NCBI GenBank assembly: GCA_905178155.1
Contig: CAJINV010000011.1
Location: 2,714,485 to 2,778,484 of the forward strand
Length of the DNA stretch: 64,000 bases
Origin: Amoebophrya sp. A120
Taxonomy: Eukaryota; Protista; Dinoflagellata
Direction of reading: 5' to 3'
Shown: in pieces, positions 25,801 to 37,693 of the stretch
Position numbering within the stretch: position 1 is the stretch's first letter
Layout of the letters: every line of letters starts with the position of its first letter
Translations under genes and position numbers: made by a program
Notes under the pieces: generated by a model
What the model saw: the letters and a program-made list of their open reading frames with translations, nothing else
What the model was told of the DNA's origin: nothing
The model's database searches: none

Positions 25801-28800
25801 GCAGAGCAAGGCGGACTGCTCCTGCACGTAGCAGTTCGCCAGCCACTGCAGCGCATCCACCTGGTGCGGCATCAGCTTGACGCGTTGGTGCACTTTCGGT
25901 GTCCAATTTTTGATGCGGGATTCCGGAGAAATGCTGGTGAATTCCTGATGGTTCTCGAAAAGTTCGAGTTCCTGATCCCCAAGAGATGCTTGTAGCGGCA
26001 AGCCCATCTGCAAACCGAGTGCGTTGAAATGGCTGCGGAGCTCGTTTGCGTCCGAGTTTTTCTGCTGGTGTTGTCGGATAGAACGCGCAGCGACATTTTC
26101 TTCTTTCAGGAGCATTTCACGATTGTCATCTTCGCCGAGAAATCCTTGCAATAAATCGGGAGTGTCATCTTCATCTGGCGGAAAAATGCGGCCAAGCGCT
26201 CTCGTAGTTGCGTCGCCAGCTGCAGTTGAGCAACTGTTTCCGAACTGCATCATGGTATCGGCGGTCAGAACGACGCGGCCAGCTCGAAGCCCACTGTTGT
26301 ATTTCTCTAACATTGTGATTTTTCTCAGCCGCGCCTCATCCACATCCATTTCGTCCTCTCCGAGCACAGACCCATCCAGATTCATCTCGCTTCCCAGCAC
26401 ACTGCAGACACTGCTCGTTGAAGCTGCCGCTCCGGACGTAGACCACAAAGCGGCGTTTTTGGCGCTCCTTTGCACGGCATCCTGGTTCGAAGATTTCTCG
26501 TCGAGAACCTTCACCCTGTAGAGAATCCGCTTGTTGTCCCACACGCACTTGCAGTCCACGGGAACCTTGCCGCGCTTGTTTGAGTGATTTTCATTTTCAT
26601 CATTTTCAACCTGATCTTCCGTGGCCCCCACCTCGTCGGTAGAAGAAGTACCTGCATTTTTACTTCCATTTGATGCATTCTCATCCTTCCTTTCAATTCC
26701 AAACCACCGCTGGGGGGTTTCATCCTGAGCACGCCCAAGGTCTGGCGGTCCCTGAAAGTGTTCTTCATCGTCGTCGTCGCGGATTTCTTGATCGGTGTGT
26801 TGAACTGTCATGACTGCTGCGTTCCCCTTCTCGCTTGAAAAATTATTGCTCGTCCCTTCCTCGAATTCTCGATTCAGTTTTTCCATCTGCATCACATGGT
26901 ACACCGCCTGTTGGTAGAGCTGCAGGTACCGCGCACACCCCAACGCCAGTTTGTGCAGAGTGTGTCTTCTGTAGGTTTTTCTCTGCTGAAGTTCGAAGTA
27001 TCTTCTCGGGATTGTCGGGACAACATCGTTGGAGTAGATGCTGCTCCAGATGTTCCATTTTTGTCCGTGGATTTTCTCTTTTTTGTGCCATTCGAACAGC
27101 TCACCACCGGCAGCGCGGAGCTGGAATTCTCGACCGGAAACATCATTGCTGCAGCCATTGTCGTATACAACCGGAGGTTCATTTTCTCGCGCTACTTCGT
27201 TTTGCTGGAACAACGCGGAGGCAGTGACACCGGCCGCGCCTTGCAGCAGTCCGACCTGCACAATATCGCCGAAACCAGAACCATCGATAACCACCGAAGC
27301 GTCAGCTGCATTCCTATCCTCAGCATCTCCTTGGTTGTCGTCGGCAATAAGAAGGGGCCGGTTGTCGTCTTCTGTTTTTGGTTTATTTGCCGCAAATAAA
27401 TCGTCGCCAGAAGCGGCTAGTACGAGCGGCAGGTCCAGGTCGACGACGTCTTCAGAAGCGGCATTTTTAGATCCTCCAGCAATACTAGGAGCTCCTGCAG
27501 CGGAAAAGCTGCTAGAAGCCACCCCTCCACTCGCGTTCTCCACCGGCGCTGCATCACCGGTGTTTGTTTGCCGTTTCCTCGCAGCTGCTGCGTCCTCGTC
27601 GGCTTTCCTTTTGAAAGCCTCCAATCTTTTCGTCGTTTCTTTTGCCGGCTCCAACACGGACAATCCCTTCTTTGCGTCAAAACTACCGTTGAAGTTGTAG
27701 CCCGAATAACGCGCGGCCCGGTCACGGATGTGCGCAGGAAGGCTGTGCGTCGGTTTCCTTGCGTGTTGCTTGCGCAGGTCTTCCACGGAAACGAGGAGGA
27801 CACCGCTTTCGTCGAAAGTTTCTTCTTTTGCGACCACCTGCTCGTTGGCGCTTTGGTGAAGTCGTCGTTGTGGTCCAATGGTGGGTTTAATATCCTCACC
27901 TTCGTTCGAGTTCGCTCGCTGTTCGTCTTCGTACTTGAAATGTGCGCGGTCCAGCATGGCCTGAATCTGGTTCTGTCTTCTTTTCGCCGCCTTCTTGCCT
28001 TCGTCACTTGGCGAGTCGCTATCGGAGAGAAGGACGATGGGTGGCTTTGTTTGTTCTGTTGCCTTTTTATCCTGCTCAGCTTTCTTCTTCTCCGGCTGAC
28101 TTGTTCCTGTGTTCGTACCTCCTCCTGGGTTGTTTCTAGACAGCAAGAGCCGCCTGCTTTTCGGTGCAGGAGCGGCGCCAGTTTTCTTCCCTGCTGGAAG
28201 AGGAAGAGCTGCAGTGCCTACTTCCTTCGCTGAAGACGACGACGACAGGTCGATGACTTCATTCTTGTTTTCGACACCTCCTACAGGAGCTCCACCTTCT
28301 ACTACCGCCGGCGTTGTACCAGGAGCGGCAACCGCAACTCCGGAAGATACAGTTGCTTCTTCAACACCAACGCCAGGCCTCCCAGCTGCTTTATTGATGT
28401 CCTCCGCAAACACCCGGCCGTGTCCGGCCTGAAACTTCATCATCTTACTGGCATCCTCGTAAACGCCTAGCCTCTTTTGGTTCGCGTTTTTGATCTTGCT
28501 GTCCTCATCATCAGAAACCACTCTGATCATCTGAAATTTTTCCAGTGGGTACTTCCCCCAAACCTGCTCAATGTGGTTCATCCGGACGCGCCAACCCTGC
28601 TTTTCCTCTACCAGGTTCTGCTCGTACCTCCCCGCGCCGATCAATTCCGGGTCGAAATCCACGTGGATTTTCTTCGTCGGATCCGTGTAGCGGTCTTCGT
28701 GGTTCTTGTTCAAATGGAGCAGTCGCTTCTCCAACTTTTGCATCTTTTTGTACTGCTTGGAAAACGTTTTGTCTTTGTACTGCTGCACGTCCTCGGCTGT

Positions 28801-31800
28801 TGGCGGTTTTTGACGGTCTTCCAGATCGTCGATCAGTTCGCGGTCCTCGTCGTTCAGCTTCCGCTTCCACTCCTCATCACTATCGTAGTAGGATTGGTGA
28901 TATGCATTGCAAAAGGATCGCACTGGCATGATGAATAGCATGACAAATTTCTTCAAGAACACAACTGGTGCAATTTGTCATGCTAGATCACCTAGAAGGT
29001 TAGATTTGTCACGGGCGAGGACTGCAATTACTATGAGTACGATAGTTTTGCAGAGCATAGGTAATCGTCAAAAACCGCATCGGGGTCATCGGAGTCGTAC
29101 AGGACAAGCTCGTTTTTAGCCTCGTCGTCTTGCATCAGAAACGAATCCTCCGGGCCATCCAGCAGCACCCCCATTTCTGCGCGTTTCTCGTCGCGCTCCT
29201 GACACTTTGCGTCAAACGCCCTGTCTAAAGCGTCAAGAGAGCTGTACTTTTCGACTTTTGTGGTGGTCTGTTGAAGATCTTCCGCGGCGGTACTGCCGAT
29301 TTGACCGTCACTAATACGAGCAGCCTGTAGTTGTTTTTCATCGAAGCCATCATCTTCAAACAAGTTCCTCGCTCCGCGGTGGGTGTTATTGACCACACTT
29401 GCCATGCTGACGTTCAGATCGAAATCTCCGTACGGGCTGGGCAAAATGCTGTCGTGTCGGTCTTCTTCGCCTCCCAAAGCGGATTTGTTGTTTCGCTCGG
29501 GGGTTTTTAGCACGATGGCGGTCTCCTTTTGATCTTGCTCCTCCTCGTATGGGACGAGCATGTCGACATTGCTCATGTCGTGGCTCGAAGGTTCTGGCTG
29601 TGCGCCATGGTCTCCTCGAATGCTGACGTCAAGAACATTATTCTTGTCGCCGTTCTTATCGGCATTCTCAAACAGCACCAGATCCTGACGCGCCGAGTCG
29701 TTCAAGTTGGACTCAAAATCGAACAAGCTTCGATTGAGGTTCTGGTTACTATTTCCGCCACCACTACCAGAGCTCCCCCCGTCTTGCTCGAACAAAACGA
29801 GATCCCCCGCGTTCTGGGGTTCTTGCGCAAGAAAACTCTCCATCGGGTCGTCTCCCACGGCGAAGCTTTGGTCTAGAAGGTTCAGCTGCTCGTTTGGAGA
29901 CAAATCCTCAGGGTCTGCGTCTGACATCTTCATGCTGCCTTCGTCATTGTAATAGTCCCGACTAAAGTCTGAGTCTTCCGAGGATTCTGCATCAACGCTG
30001 GTGTTGTCGTCGTCGTCTTCGGAAGATAGGAACTGTTGACCGCTGCGTTCGTCTTTCCCAGATGAATGGTCGTCATCAGCGACGAGAAGCCCTTGTTCGT
30101 CAACATTGTTCCGCTGCTGGTTATTTTCCCGCATGATCCGCCTACTGGCGAAGCGCAATGCACCACCTGGAACGCGGAGCAGCTCAGATTCGCTGTTCGC
30201 ATCTAGAAGACCCTGCTTCATGTTGTCCATCTGCCCAGTCGGATCTTTATTCTTGCGAGAGAGGAGCCTGTTCCTGCTTGGGGCCGGGTTTTTTCGGTGC
30301 CGCGGAGAGTTGTTTTGCTGATTTTTGTCCCTGCTCCTCGCAAGAGTTTTTGATTTCTGTTCCTTTGGTTTCCTCTCCCGATGTAGTTGATGTTCCTTCC
30401 CCGGCCGTTCCCTTTTTTCCTTCACTTCTTTCACCTTTTTTTCCTTCACTTCCTTCGGGGGGGGCTTCGGCGCGATCCGCACTAAGTGTTTCTCGAACTT
30501 CTCTCTGTCCACCCACTGCAGCGGCTTCTGCAACAGCCTCGCCGGGATTCCCAGGGTTAACAGAATGTCGTCTGCGTCGACACTGAGATCGAGCAATGCG
30601 CCGCGGAGAAACCGGCCCTCCTTGAAGTCGAATTTGTCATCGTCGTTGAACGGCACGAGAATAGCATTTTTGAAAAGTTTCATTTTCAGATACGGGTAAA
30701 GCTCGCGCCAGTATTCGAAAGCCGAGGGTGCCACAAGAACAGCCGGATGCTCGTCCTCCTCAGCTTCCTTTTCCTCTTCGGTGAGAAGGCGCTGGAATGT
30801 GATTTTCGGGGGGGCTGGCTTCGCTTTTTGATTTTGTTCATCTGGCGGAACTGCGTGCGGCGGTGGTTGCTGCTCGCCGCCTTGCGTCGTGCCGGCTTCT
30901 AGCATCATTGGGTCTTTCTTCTTCGCCGCATCTGTTGTAACGGTAGCGTCTTTACTGGCAGCGGCGGCACCTCCCTCGCTACTCTGTTTATTTTCTGGAG
31001 GAACTTCTGCCGGCGGTGGAGTTTCTATCCTGTGCAAAAGTATCGCACTCGTATAAATGCATTACAAATTTCCTCAGCATGAGAAGTGAAATTTGTAATG
31101 CGGATTTGCCTTAAGAACAAGATTAAGATTTGTAATGCACGACTGCAATACGAGTACGATACTTTTGCACAGGATAGTTTCAACCTTCACCCGAATCCCC
31201 AACACGTCCTTATGCGTCAACTTTACCCTGGCTGCTTGCGCAAATTTCGCTCGGGAAACCGAGGAGATCAGCGGTTTGCGGCGGCCCCCACCGGCGGTAA
31301 ATCTCGACACCGTGGATCCAGCGTCCGATAACTCCGATGCAGAGCCGGCGTTAGACGTCAGCACCGTCGGCTTGCTCCGCTGCAAGAAGTTGTTGCGCGG
31401 TGGTCCTACCGCCGTTGTTCCGGGTGTGGGTCCTCGGGGAAACCCGAGCGGGCCGGTTTTGATGTTTTGCTGCGCTGGTCGTGCGGCCCCCGTTGCGGAT
31501 GAAGGCGTCGCTGCCACAGCGGGTGTGGGAGTAGAAGCTGCTGTGCCTGGCTTCTTGAAACCTGGCCTTGCTCCAATAATACCGCTACGCGCAGCTGGAG
31601 TCGTGAGACCTTTATTACTTCCAGCAGGGGCCGCTGTTCCTCCCGGTGTTGCTGGTCTGCTTGGGAAAGAACCAGGCTTCGTCTTGCTTGTTTCCGCAAT
31701 CGCTCGCGTTAAGGGACCGCTCTTGTTGACGAGGTTGTTGTTTGAAGGCGTCGACGTAACTTTCTTCGCCCCGCCCCCGACTAAAACTCTTCTACCCGGC

Positions 31801-33875
31801 AACAGCCGTCGGCTACTCGCCACAGAGCCAACATCGCTTTTGCTGCAGTCGCTTCCCAACTCTACCTCCTGTTGCGCGGCGGCCTTGCCGGTATTTGTTC
31901 CTGCACCAGCGATAGGAGAAGATGAAGAGGCCATTAGACCCGTAGCAGTTTCATGATCGTGTTGACCTGCGGCAGTAGCAACTACAGCAGCTTGCTCCGG
32001 CATGCTCCTGCCTTGCTTTGACGAAGAAGTGCCTCCAACTTTCTTCGCCGTCTCTACTTCCACAGGGGAAGCCGCACCAGATTTGTGTACTGCGTCGGGA
32101 ATAAGTAGCGACGGAATTATCTGTTTGGGAGCCACCGGCAAAGCGTTCAATGCATCCGAGGTTAAACCGCTTTTGGGCTTTTTACTCAGCAGCCGTCGCC
32201 GCGGTCCACCACCGAACATCGAGGATATCACGCTCTTCGCCGGGGACGAGTCGTTCGCCTCTTTCTGTCTTTCCGACGGCTGCAGAACCATCTTTGGAGG
32301 TGCGGCTGAAGCAGGCTGGGGCTGCGTGGTACCTGGGAGCGTGGTGGTGGTTGTTGTAGTCTTCGAGACCGGAGGTGCGGATTTATGTTCTTCTCTTCTT
32401 GGTAGAACTTCTGCGACGCTGGTCTCATCCCTGTTGTTCGCTTTCGATATTTCGGCAGCAATGCCAGCGTCCTCTGGTTCCGCCCTACCAACTTCCGCCA
32501 ACTCCGACTTCTGTTGTTGTTCCTGCGCTACCGGTGCGGCCGTTGGTAACAACGTCGCGGGCTCCTGCGGCTTAGCAGCCACGACGGGTAATGCATTTAA
32601 CGCGTCGAGCGTCAAGTTGCTCTTTGGTTTTTTGCTTAGCAACCTCCGTCTCGGTGGTCCACCACCAGCACTGAACATGGAGGAAGCCACGCTACGTGCT
32701 GGGGAAGCATCGTTCGCTTGCTTTTGTTCTCGCTCCGACGGCTGAAGCATCTTCTTATTTGCCTCGTTGGCCGGGGCTGGTTGGAGTGCCGGCTGCGTTC
32801 TTGGCGGAACAGATACTGGAGCAATATTTGCCTTGAGAAGCACATCAGGCAACTGCGCTTGTTCCGGATCCGTTTCTGGCTGCAACATTGGCGCCAGAGG
32901 TTTCTGTTCCATCACCGGCAGAGAGTTCAAGGCATCTACCGTCAAGTTGCTCTTGGCTTTCTTGGGCAGCAGCCGACGTCGCGGTCCGTTGAACATGGAG
33001 GAAACGTGAGAAGACGCACCACCTACGCTCTTTGCCGGAGAGGAGTGGTTGCAGCCGGGAGGAGGTGCTTCAACTGGAACTCGAACTGCGGTGGAAGGCT
33101 GATTTGAGACCACAACAACTGGTGCAGCAACAGGAGCGGACTCGAGTAGTGCCGGGGGAGCGGTTGCTGGAGCTGTCTCTGCCTTTCGATCCTCCAGTAG
33201 ACCACCTGGCTTTATTTCGTCTTGCGCATCCTGCACTGTACCGCCGGACACTGCCCCGGGGTTTCCGACTTCCTGCCCATCAAACGGAAACGGCTTCGCG
33301 ACAACTGGAAGGGCGCTTAGCGCGTCCAAGGTCAAGTTGCTTTTCGGTTTTTTTGAAAGAAGCCGCCTTCTCGCTCCAGCGGCAGGTCCGCCCATCATGG
33401 ACGAAACATGGGAGGACGAAGCCCCGCCGATGCTCTTCGCAGGGGAAACCTCCCGTTTGGCTGCGGCAGGAGCAGTTCCACTAGTTGGCGCATCTTGCTG
33501 GAGGACGGTGGTCCTGTTCACATCGACAGCGGTAGTAGATGGGGGGACACGACCTTCTACAGTATTGCCGACGGGGAGTTCCACCTGCCGCTCCTTCGGT
33601 GCGAGAACTTTCGATGCTTCTCCCGCGGTTGTCTTTCCTGTAACCGGATTTTGATGTGCAGAAACAGCTGGAACCTTCGATGCTCCGACCGGTCGCGGGA
33701 GAAGGCGGCCATTGCCAGCGGGTCTCGGAGCGAGGCTGCTGATACGGCTTTGAACAGAAACTTCGCTTTCGGAACGCGCTCCATCACTGGTCGTGGTTCC
33801 GCGCTTGGGTGGTAGGGTGCGCTTCAGGAGTGTGCGCTTCGGCGCGGGTTGAGGTTGTTGGCTGGATTGGGACAT
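19804..33875 (-). CDS. Giant SNF2/SWI2-family chromatin-remodelling ATPase (~4,381 aa, 6 exons)
   Basis: Motifs [56 protein letters not shown] and [11 protein letters not shown]. Six ORFs join in frame after removing 156, 164, 285, 155 (GT-AG, 22760-22914) and 166 bp, leaving 13146 nt. The link of the far N-terminal exons rests on frame restoration only. Confidence 0.85.
20589..20749. mobile_element. Introner/MITE-like non-canonical intron, family A
   Basis: TIRs tatgcagtgcaaaagtatcgtactcgta / tacgaatacgatacttttgcacaggata. Perfect direct repeat atctc. Removal gives ...NNGD-GRSIL... Confidence 0.88.
24858..25137. mobile_element. Introner/MITE-like non-canonical intron, family B
   Basis: TIRs tatcctgtgtaaaaacgtacccac / gtgggtacgtttttactcagggta. 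Flanks gaatt / aaatt. Removal restores [12 protein letters not shown]. Confidence 0.9.
28901..29059. mobile_element. Introner/MITE-like non-canonical intron, family A (diverged)
   Basis: TIRs tatgcattgcaaaaggatcgcact / agtacgatagttttgcagagcata. Flanks ggtga / ggtaa. Removing 164 bp joins ORFs 29031..31037 and 25126..28962. Confidence 0.82.
31026..31176. mobile_element. Introner/MITE-like non-canonical intron, family A (best-preserved copy)
   Basis: 29-bp TIR with one mismatch, tatcctgtgcaaaagtatcg(c/t)actcgtat. Perfect direct repeat gtttc. Confidence 0.9.
32130..33450 (-). repeat. Four dispersed copies of a coding repeat SPA[K/R]S...RRRLLxKKxKS[N/G]LTxDALxxLPV
   Basis: Copies near 33300-33450, 32910-33040, 32580-32710 and 32130-32250 in ORF 31074..33875. 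Confidence 0.85.
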
Positions 33876-34633
33876 CTTGAAAGTGAAACGCTAGTGTTGT
33901 TGATTGTTCGACGAGTTGAGGTATATGTATCACAACTTGAACTTCTTGCAGGGGAAGTCTTTCATCGTCGTCCTGCAAAATAAATCACTTTATTTTTCCA
34001 AACGAAAGTCGCGACTTCATGGTGGGTCGAAATCGGTTGAAAATGATTATGATCACGACATCAAACGCATCAACGACGTGCGCGCAATCCTGTGCTGTTT
34101 TTTGGATTTGAAACAAGGGATGAATCACCTTGTCGTGTCTCGCTCGTTCTCTCATCGGGCATTTTGCGCTTCTCACGAAGACGATTTGAAATATGAAATG
34201 AGCTACCATGTGGTGGCAAGCTTAAGTACTCTCTATCTCTCGGAAAAACAAACACAAAGCGACATGAAGCGATCAAGACGAAAAAGCGACATTCAAAAAC
34301 ACCGAGTTGGTCTTGGTACCAACTGAGAGAGACAAATGGGAGCCAGAATTAGGTTCAAGGTCGATGTATTTGGAGGGATTCATCTTGGAACTTGAAAAAA
34401 AAATTCTGTACAACCACTTTGATGGTCCGCGTTTTCTGCTAATAATTGCTCAGATGATTCTGATTCTTCATGCACGCAGAACTCACGACATGCTTTTTGT
34501 TTTTAGTTTTCATCATTCGAGCATAGTGATAGTTCTCAATTCAGGTTGGAAATGGAATTTGAATTTCGTCGGTGAAGAATGAGAACAGAGTGCTGGATGT
34601 GGAATGTTGTGACGAAGCCAATTTTTCAATATG

Positions 34634-35662
34634 CTACTTCAGCAGCCGGACGATTTTTTCTACGGAATCGTGGGCAACACACAACTCCTCTCCCCTAAGC
34701 ACATCATCCGGGGCAGCGCACAAACCGCAGTTCTGCAACCACCACATTTGTTTCTGCATGGTCGCATTCGGGCCGAAAATACTCGCCAGGTAATCGTGGA
34801 GCCGCGACCCTTCATACTGCTTGTCCCAAAATGGCACCTCCCGCGCCACGGACACACCCATTTTCCGGAAAACCTCCTCCATATTGTGCGCTCTCTCTTC
34901 GACGACCATTTGCGACTCATGCGGGCTCTCGCGGACACAGTTGCACAGTACCGCGGGCGGCAGGCGCAGGTGCGATTTGAAATCTGCGGGGTTCACGGAG
35001 GAGTTGATGCTGTTCTTGGCCAGAATCAGTGCCGACGCAGGCGGACTTCCAAGTCGGTGTAACACAACCCGGTCCCAATCGATCTTCGAGAACGCGTTGC
35101 CGTCGATCAACGCCTTGCTGTAGTAACTGAGCGGTCTTCCGTTGTTCTCGATTTTCTTCTGAAACAGTTCCGGGAGCTGGTTATCCAGGATCGCGTCGAC
35201 GAACTCCTCTTTCTGCAGCTGGTTGTGCAAATAGAGCGTTCTCCATGCACTCAAAACGACTTCGCCGAGCCACATTCCGTTGGTCTCTCCGAGCGCATCA
35301 CTGACTGCCATCTGCGTCGATTCACCAGGGCCCGCGCACGCCCGTATTCCGTAAATTCGCTCCTCATGTTCGGGAGGAAACACGTCCTCCCTCATGTAGA
35401 CCAGTAACATGTCCATGATGTATTCAGCGCCCTCCCGCCGCTTCTCGAGTGAGAGATCGGACCGAGGACCAGTCGTCGTCTGGTTGACTTTACGTTCAGC
35501 ACCGATCGTTGGAGCACCCACCGGAGGTGGGGCTGTTGCTTCTTCTTGTGATGGACCGGATTGGCTCGCTTTCCTTGATTTTGCGGCAGGAGATTTTGCA
35601 CCACGACCAGCTCCGAGCAGGAAGCCCTTCTTCATTTTCGAACTATGTTTATCTTTGTACAA
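34634..35662 (-). CDS. Hypothetical protein (342 aa)
   Basis: Single ATG-initiated ORF with a globular-looking C-terminal region. No family recognised. Confidence 0.65.
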   Translation of the reverse strand: MYKDKHSSKMKKGFLLGAGRGAKSPAAKSRKASQSGPSQEEATAPPPVGAPTIGAERKVNQTTTGPRSDLSLEKRREGAEYIMDMLLVYMREDVFPPEHEERIYGIRACAGPGESTQMAVSDALGETNGMWLGEVVLSAWRTLYLHNQLQKEEFVDAILDNQLPELFQKKIENNGRPLSYYSKALIDGNAFSKIDWDRVVLHRLGSPPASALILAKNSINSSVNPADFKSHLRLPPAVLCNCVRESPHESQMVVEERAHNMEEVFRKMGVSVAREVPFWDKQYEGSRLHDYLASIFGPNATMQKQMWWLQNCGLCAAPDDVLRGEELCVAHDSVEKIVRLLK

Positions 35663-36622
35663 ACTACGCTGGAAATTATGCTAGGACAATACCTCTTACT
35701 CTTACCTTTCGTCACCATAAAAATACAAACACCACACTGGTCGTTGTTCATCAAGTGAAAGATTACGATATCAAGAACCGGGAAGAATCAATTGCAATTG
35801 GAATTGGATTTATTCATGCGTAGCAAGTTTTGTCACTAAGTATTTTCATCGTCATTGAACACATCAACCCAACAGGACACGAATTTCATCTGTGCGCCTG
35901 TCGTCGCAGATTTTCGTCGACACTTGACCTCAGAGAGGAAGTCGTGTCTCTCTCGCACTTTTGAAAAATCGGAATGAAATACTTCCATCATGGTTTCTCA
36001 CACTACACAGTCGCTGCCTTTGGCTTTGGCTTTACCACGAGTATGCTATGTCTCTTTGACTTTGTGGTGTTGAAATTCTGGCGGCTCATACCGCTCTTTT
36101 TCTGTTTGGAATCTCCTCGATCAGACTGCACATATGAAGTGAAAGGTGTAGATGAACATGTCAGTTTCACTTTCGGACAGCGAATGAAGATCGGTTGACC
36201 GGAATTTTCCCTTCTCAACATCTTCAATGTCGCCGGAATAGTAATATGTAGGTCTAAGTCGACGTCGTGACGCATGGGCATGTGTGCGATTTTTTCCGCT
36301 CACCATGGAGGCATAACTCGCAGTAGTACTTCTACGCTGATCCTGATTCTATTTCATCCGTTTATAATAATAATTCGGAGGTGCCGACTGCAAAAATTGG
36401 ATGGCATTGTTCGTGTCCACATTCATAAGAAAAAGAATCCCTATCGTCCTTTCGCATTCGCTGTGTAAGATACTTACTTGTGACTCGTGTTTCGCAATCG
36501 GCATCATACTTGATCGCCGTGGTCATAAATCTACTTTTCAACAAAAACACACCGACCTCATGGCATCAATCTTGGTCCTGTTCTTCATCGCCATCTTAGC
36601 ATCTCGCTCAGCATCCGGCGCT

Positions 36623-37693
36623 TCAGTTGTTCGAGTTTTCTCCCAGGATTCGGAGCAGGTCTAAAAACAGGTTCAGAATATCCATGTAGATGTTCAGTGC
36701 CGCAAACACGTAGTCGTCGATGCTGAACTGCACCTTGTGCTTGCCGCCCATGATCAGCTGGGTATCGTAGATGATGTAGAAGCTGAACAGGACCGCGCCG
36801 ATTCCCGCTTGGAATTTGTCCACTTCCGGGCCGGGGAAAAACATCAACACCAGTGACATGACGCACAATCCGGCGAGGAAGGCGAAGAGGTAGGTTCCCA
36901 TCCCGGTGAAGTCCGTATCGGTGCACATGGCGTAGCAGGAGAGGAGGCCGAAAATAGTGCAGGTGAGGAGAAAGACGAGGATCACGGACTGCGTGTTATA
37001 CGCGGAGACGACGAAACCAACTAAAACGGACTCGAGGATGGTGAACACCATGAGGCAGAGGTAGTTGGATGGGTACCTGGGTTTGTTTTTTGGATTTCTT
37101 GTTTTTGCGGGTCGAAGGCGAGTTTAGTTCTGGTCGGTGTTGAACAAAATTAATTACATAAAAAAGGCCGACAGATTATCATGATGAGCAGGAGCAGTAG
37201 AGCATCGGCATCTCCCACTTCGTTAAGGTGAAGCAGTGTATCTACTATACCTCCGAAACAGCTCCGGGTTGCAACTACCCGCACAGACGATCGCTAGCGA
37301 CCCGACCATGGAGATCAAACCGAGCCAGGCGTTATTCACCACCCATTCGTTGCTGATCATGTGGGTCGCGAAAGGGGCTGCGATTAGTGTGGTGCAGAGA
37401 AGTTGCATGGTGAGTAATCCGTACACCTTCCGGATGAAGCCCCGCCGCACCACCTTCTCCGCCATCAAGTCTTCCCCGAAACGGTCATAACTGTTGGAGC
37501 CGAAAGAACCTCCCGGCTGTTGGTTTCCGACGACCTCAAACATTCTGTCTTGTTGGTCTTCAGCAGAAGTGTGTAGTTCGTGATTAGAATCCTGCTGGTC
37601 TTGTACAACTCTAGGAGTAGTTGATGAAGATGATGTCGATCTAATTACAGTAGCCGAACTGTCGTCTACTGTGTTGTAATTCGTGGTGTTCAT
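36623..37693 (-). CDS. Bax inhibitor-1/TMBIM (Lifeguard-like) membrane protein (~298 aa)
   Basis: Motifs VRRGFIRKVYGLL, YPSNY, YIIYDTQLIMGG and DDYVFAALNIYMDILNLFL. GT-AG intron at 37077-37250. Confidence 0.93.

Noticed and set aside
20708-33815. Long plus-strand ORFs (e.g. 20757..21929, 23615..24640)
   Set aside because: Antisense shadows of the minus-strand SNF2 gene.
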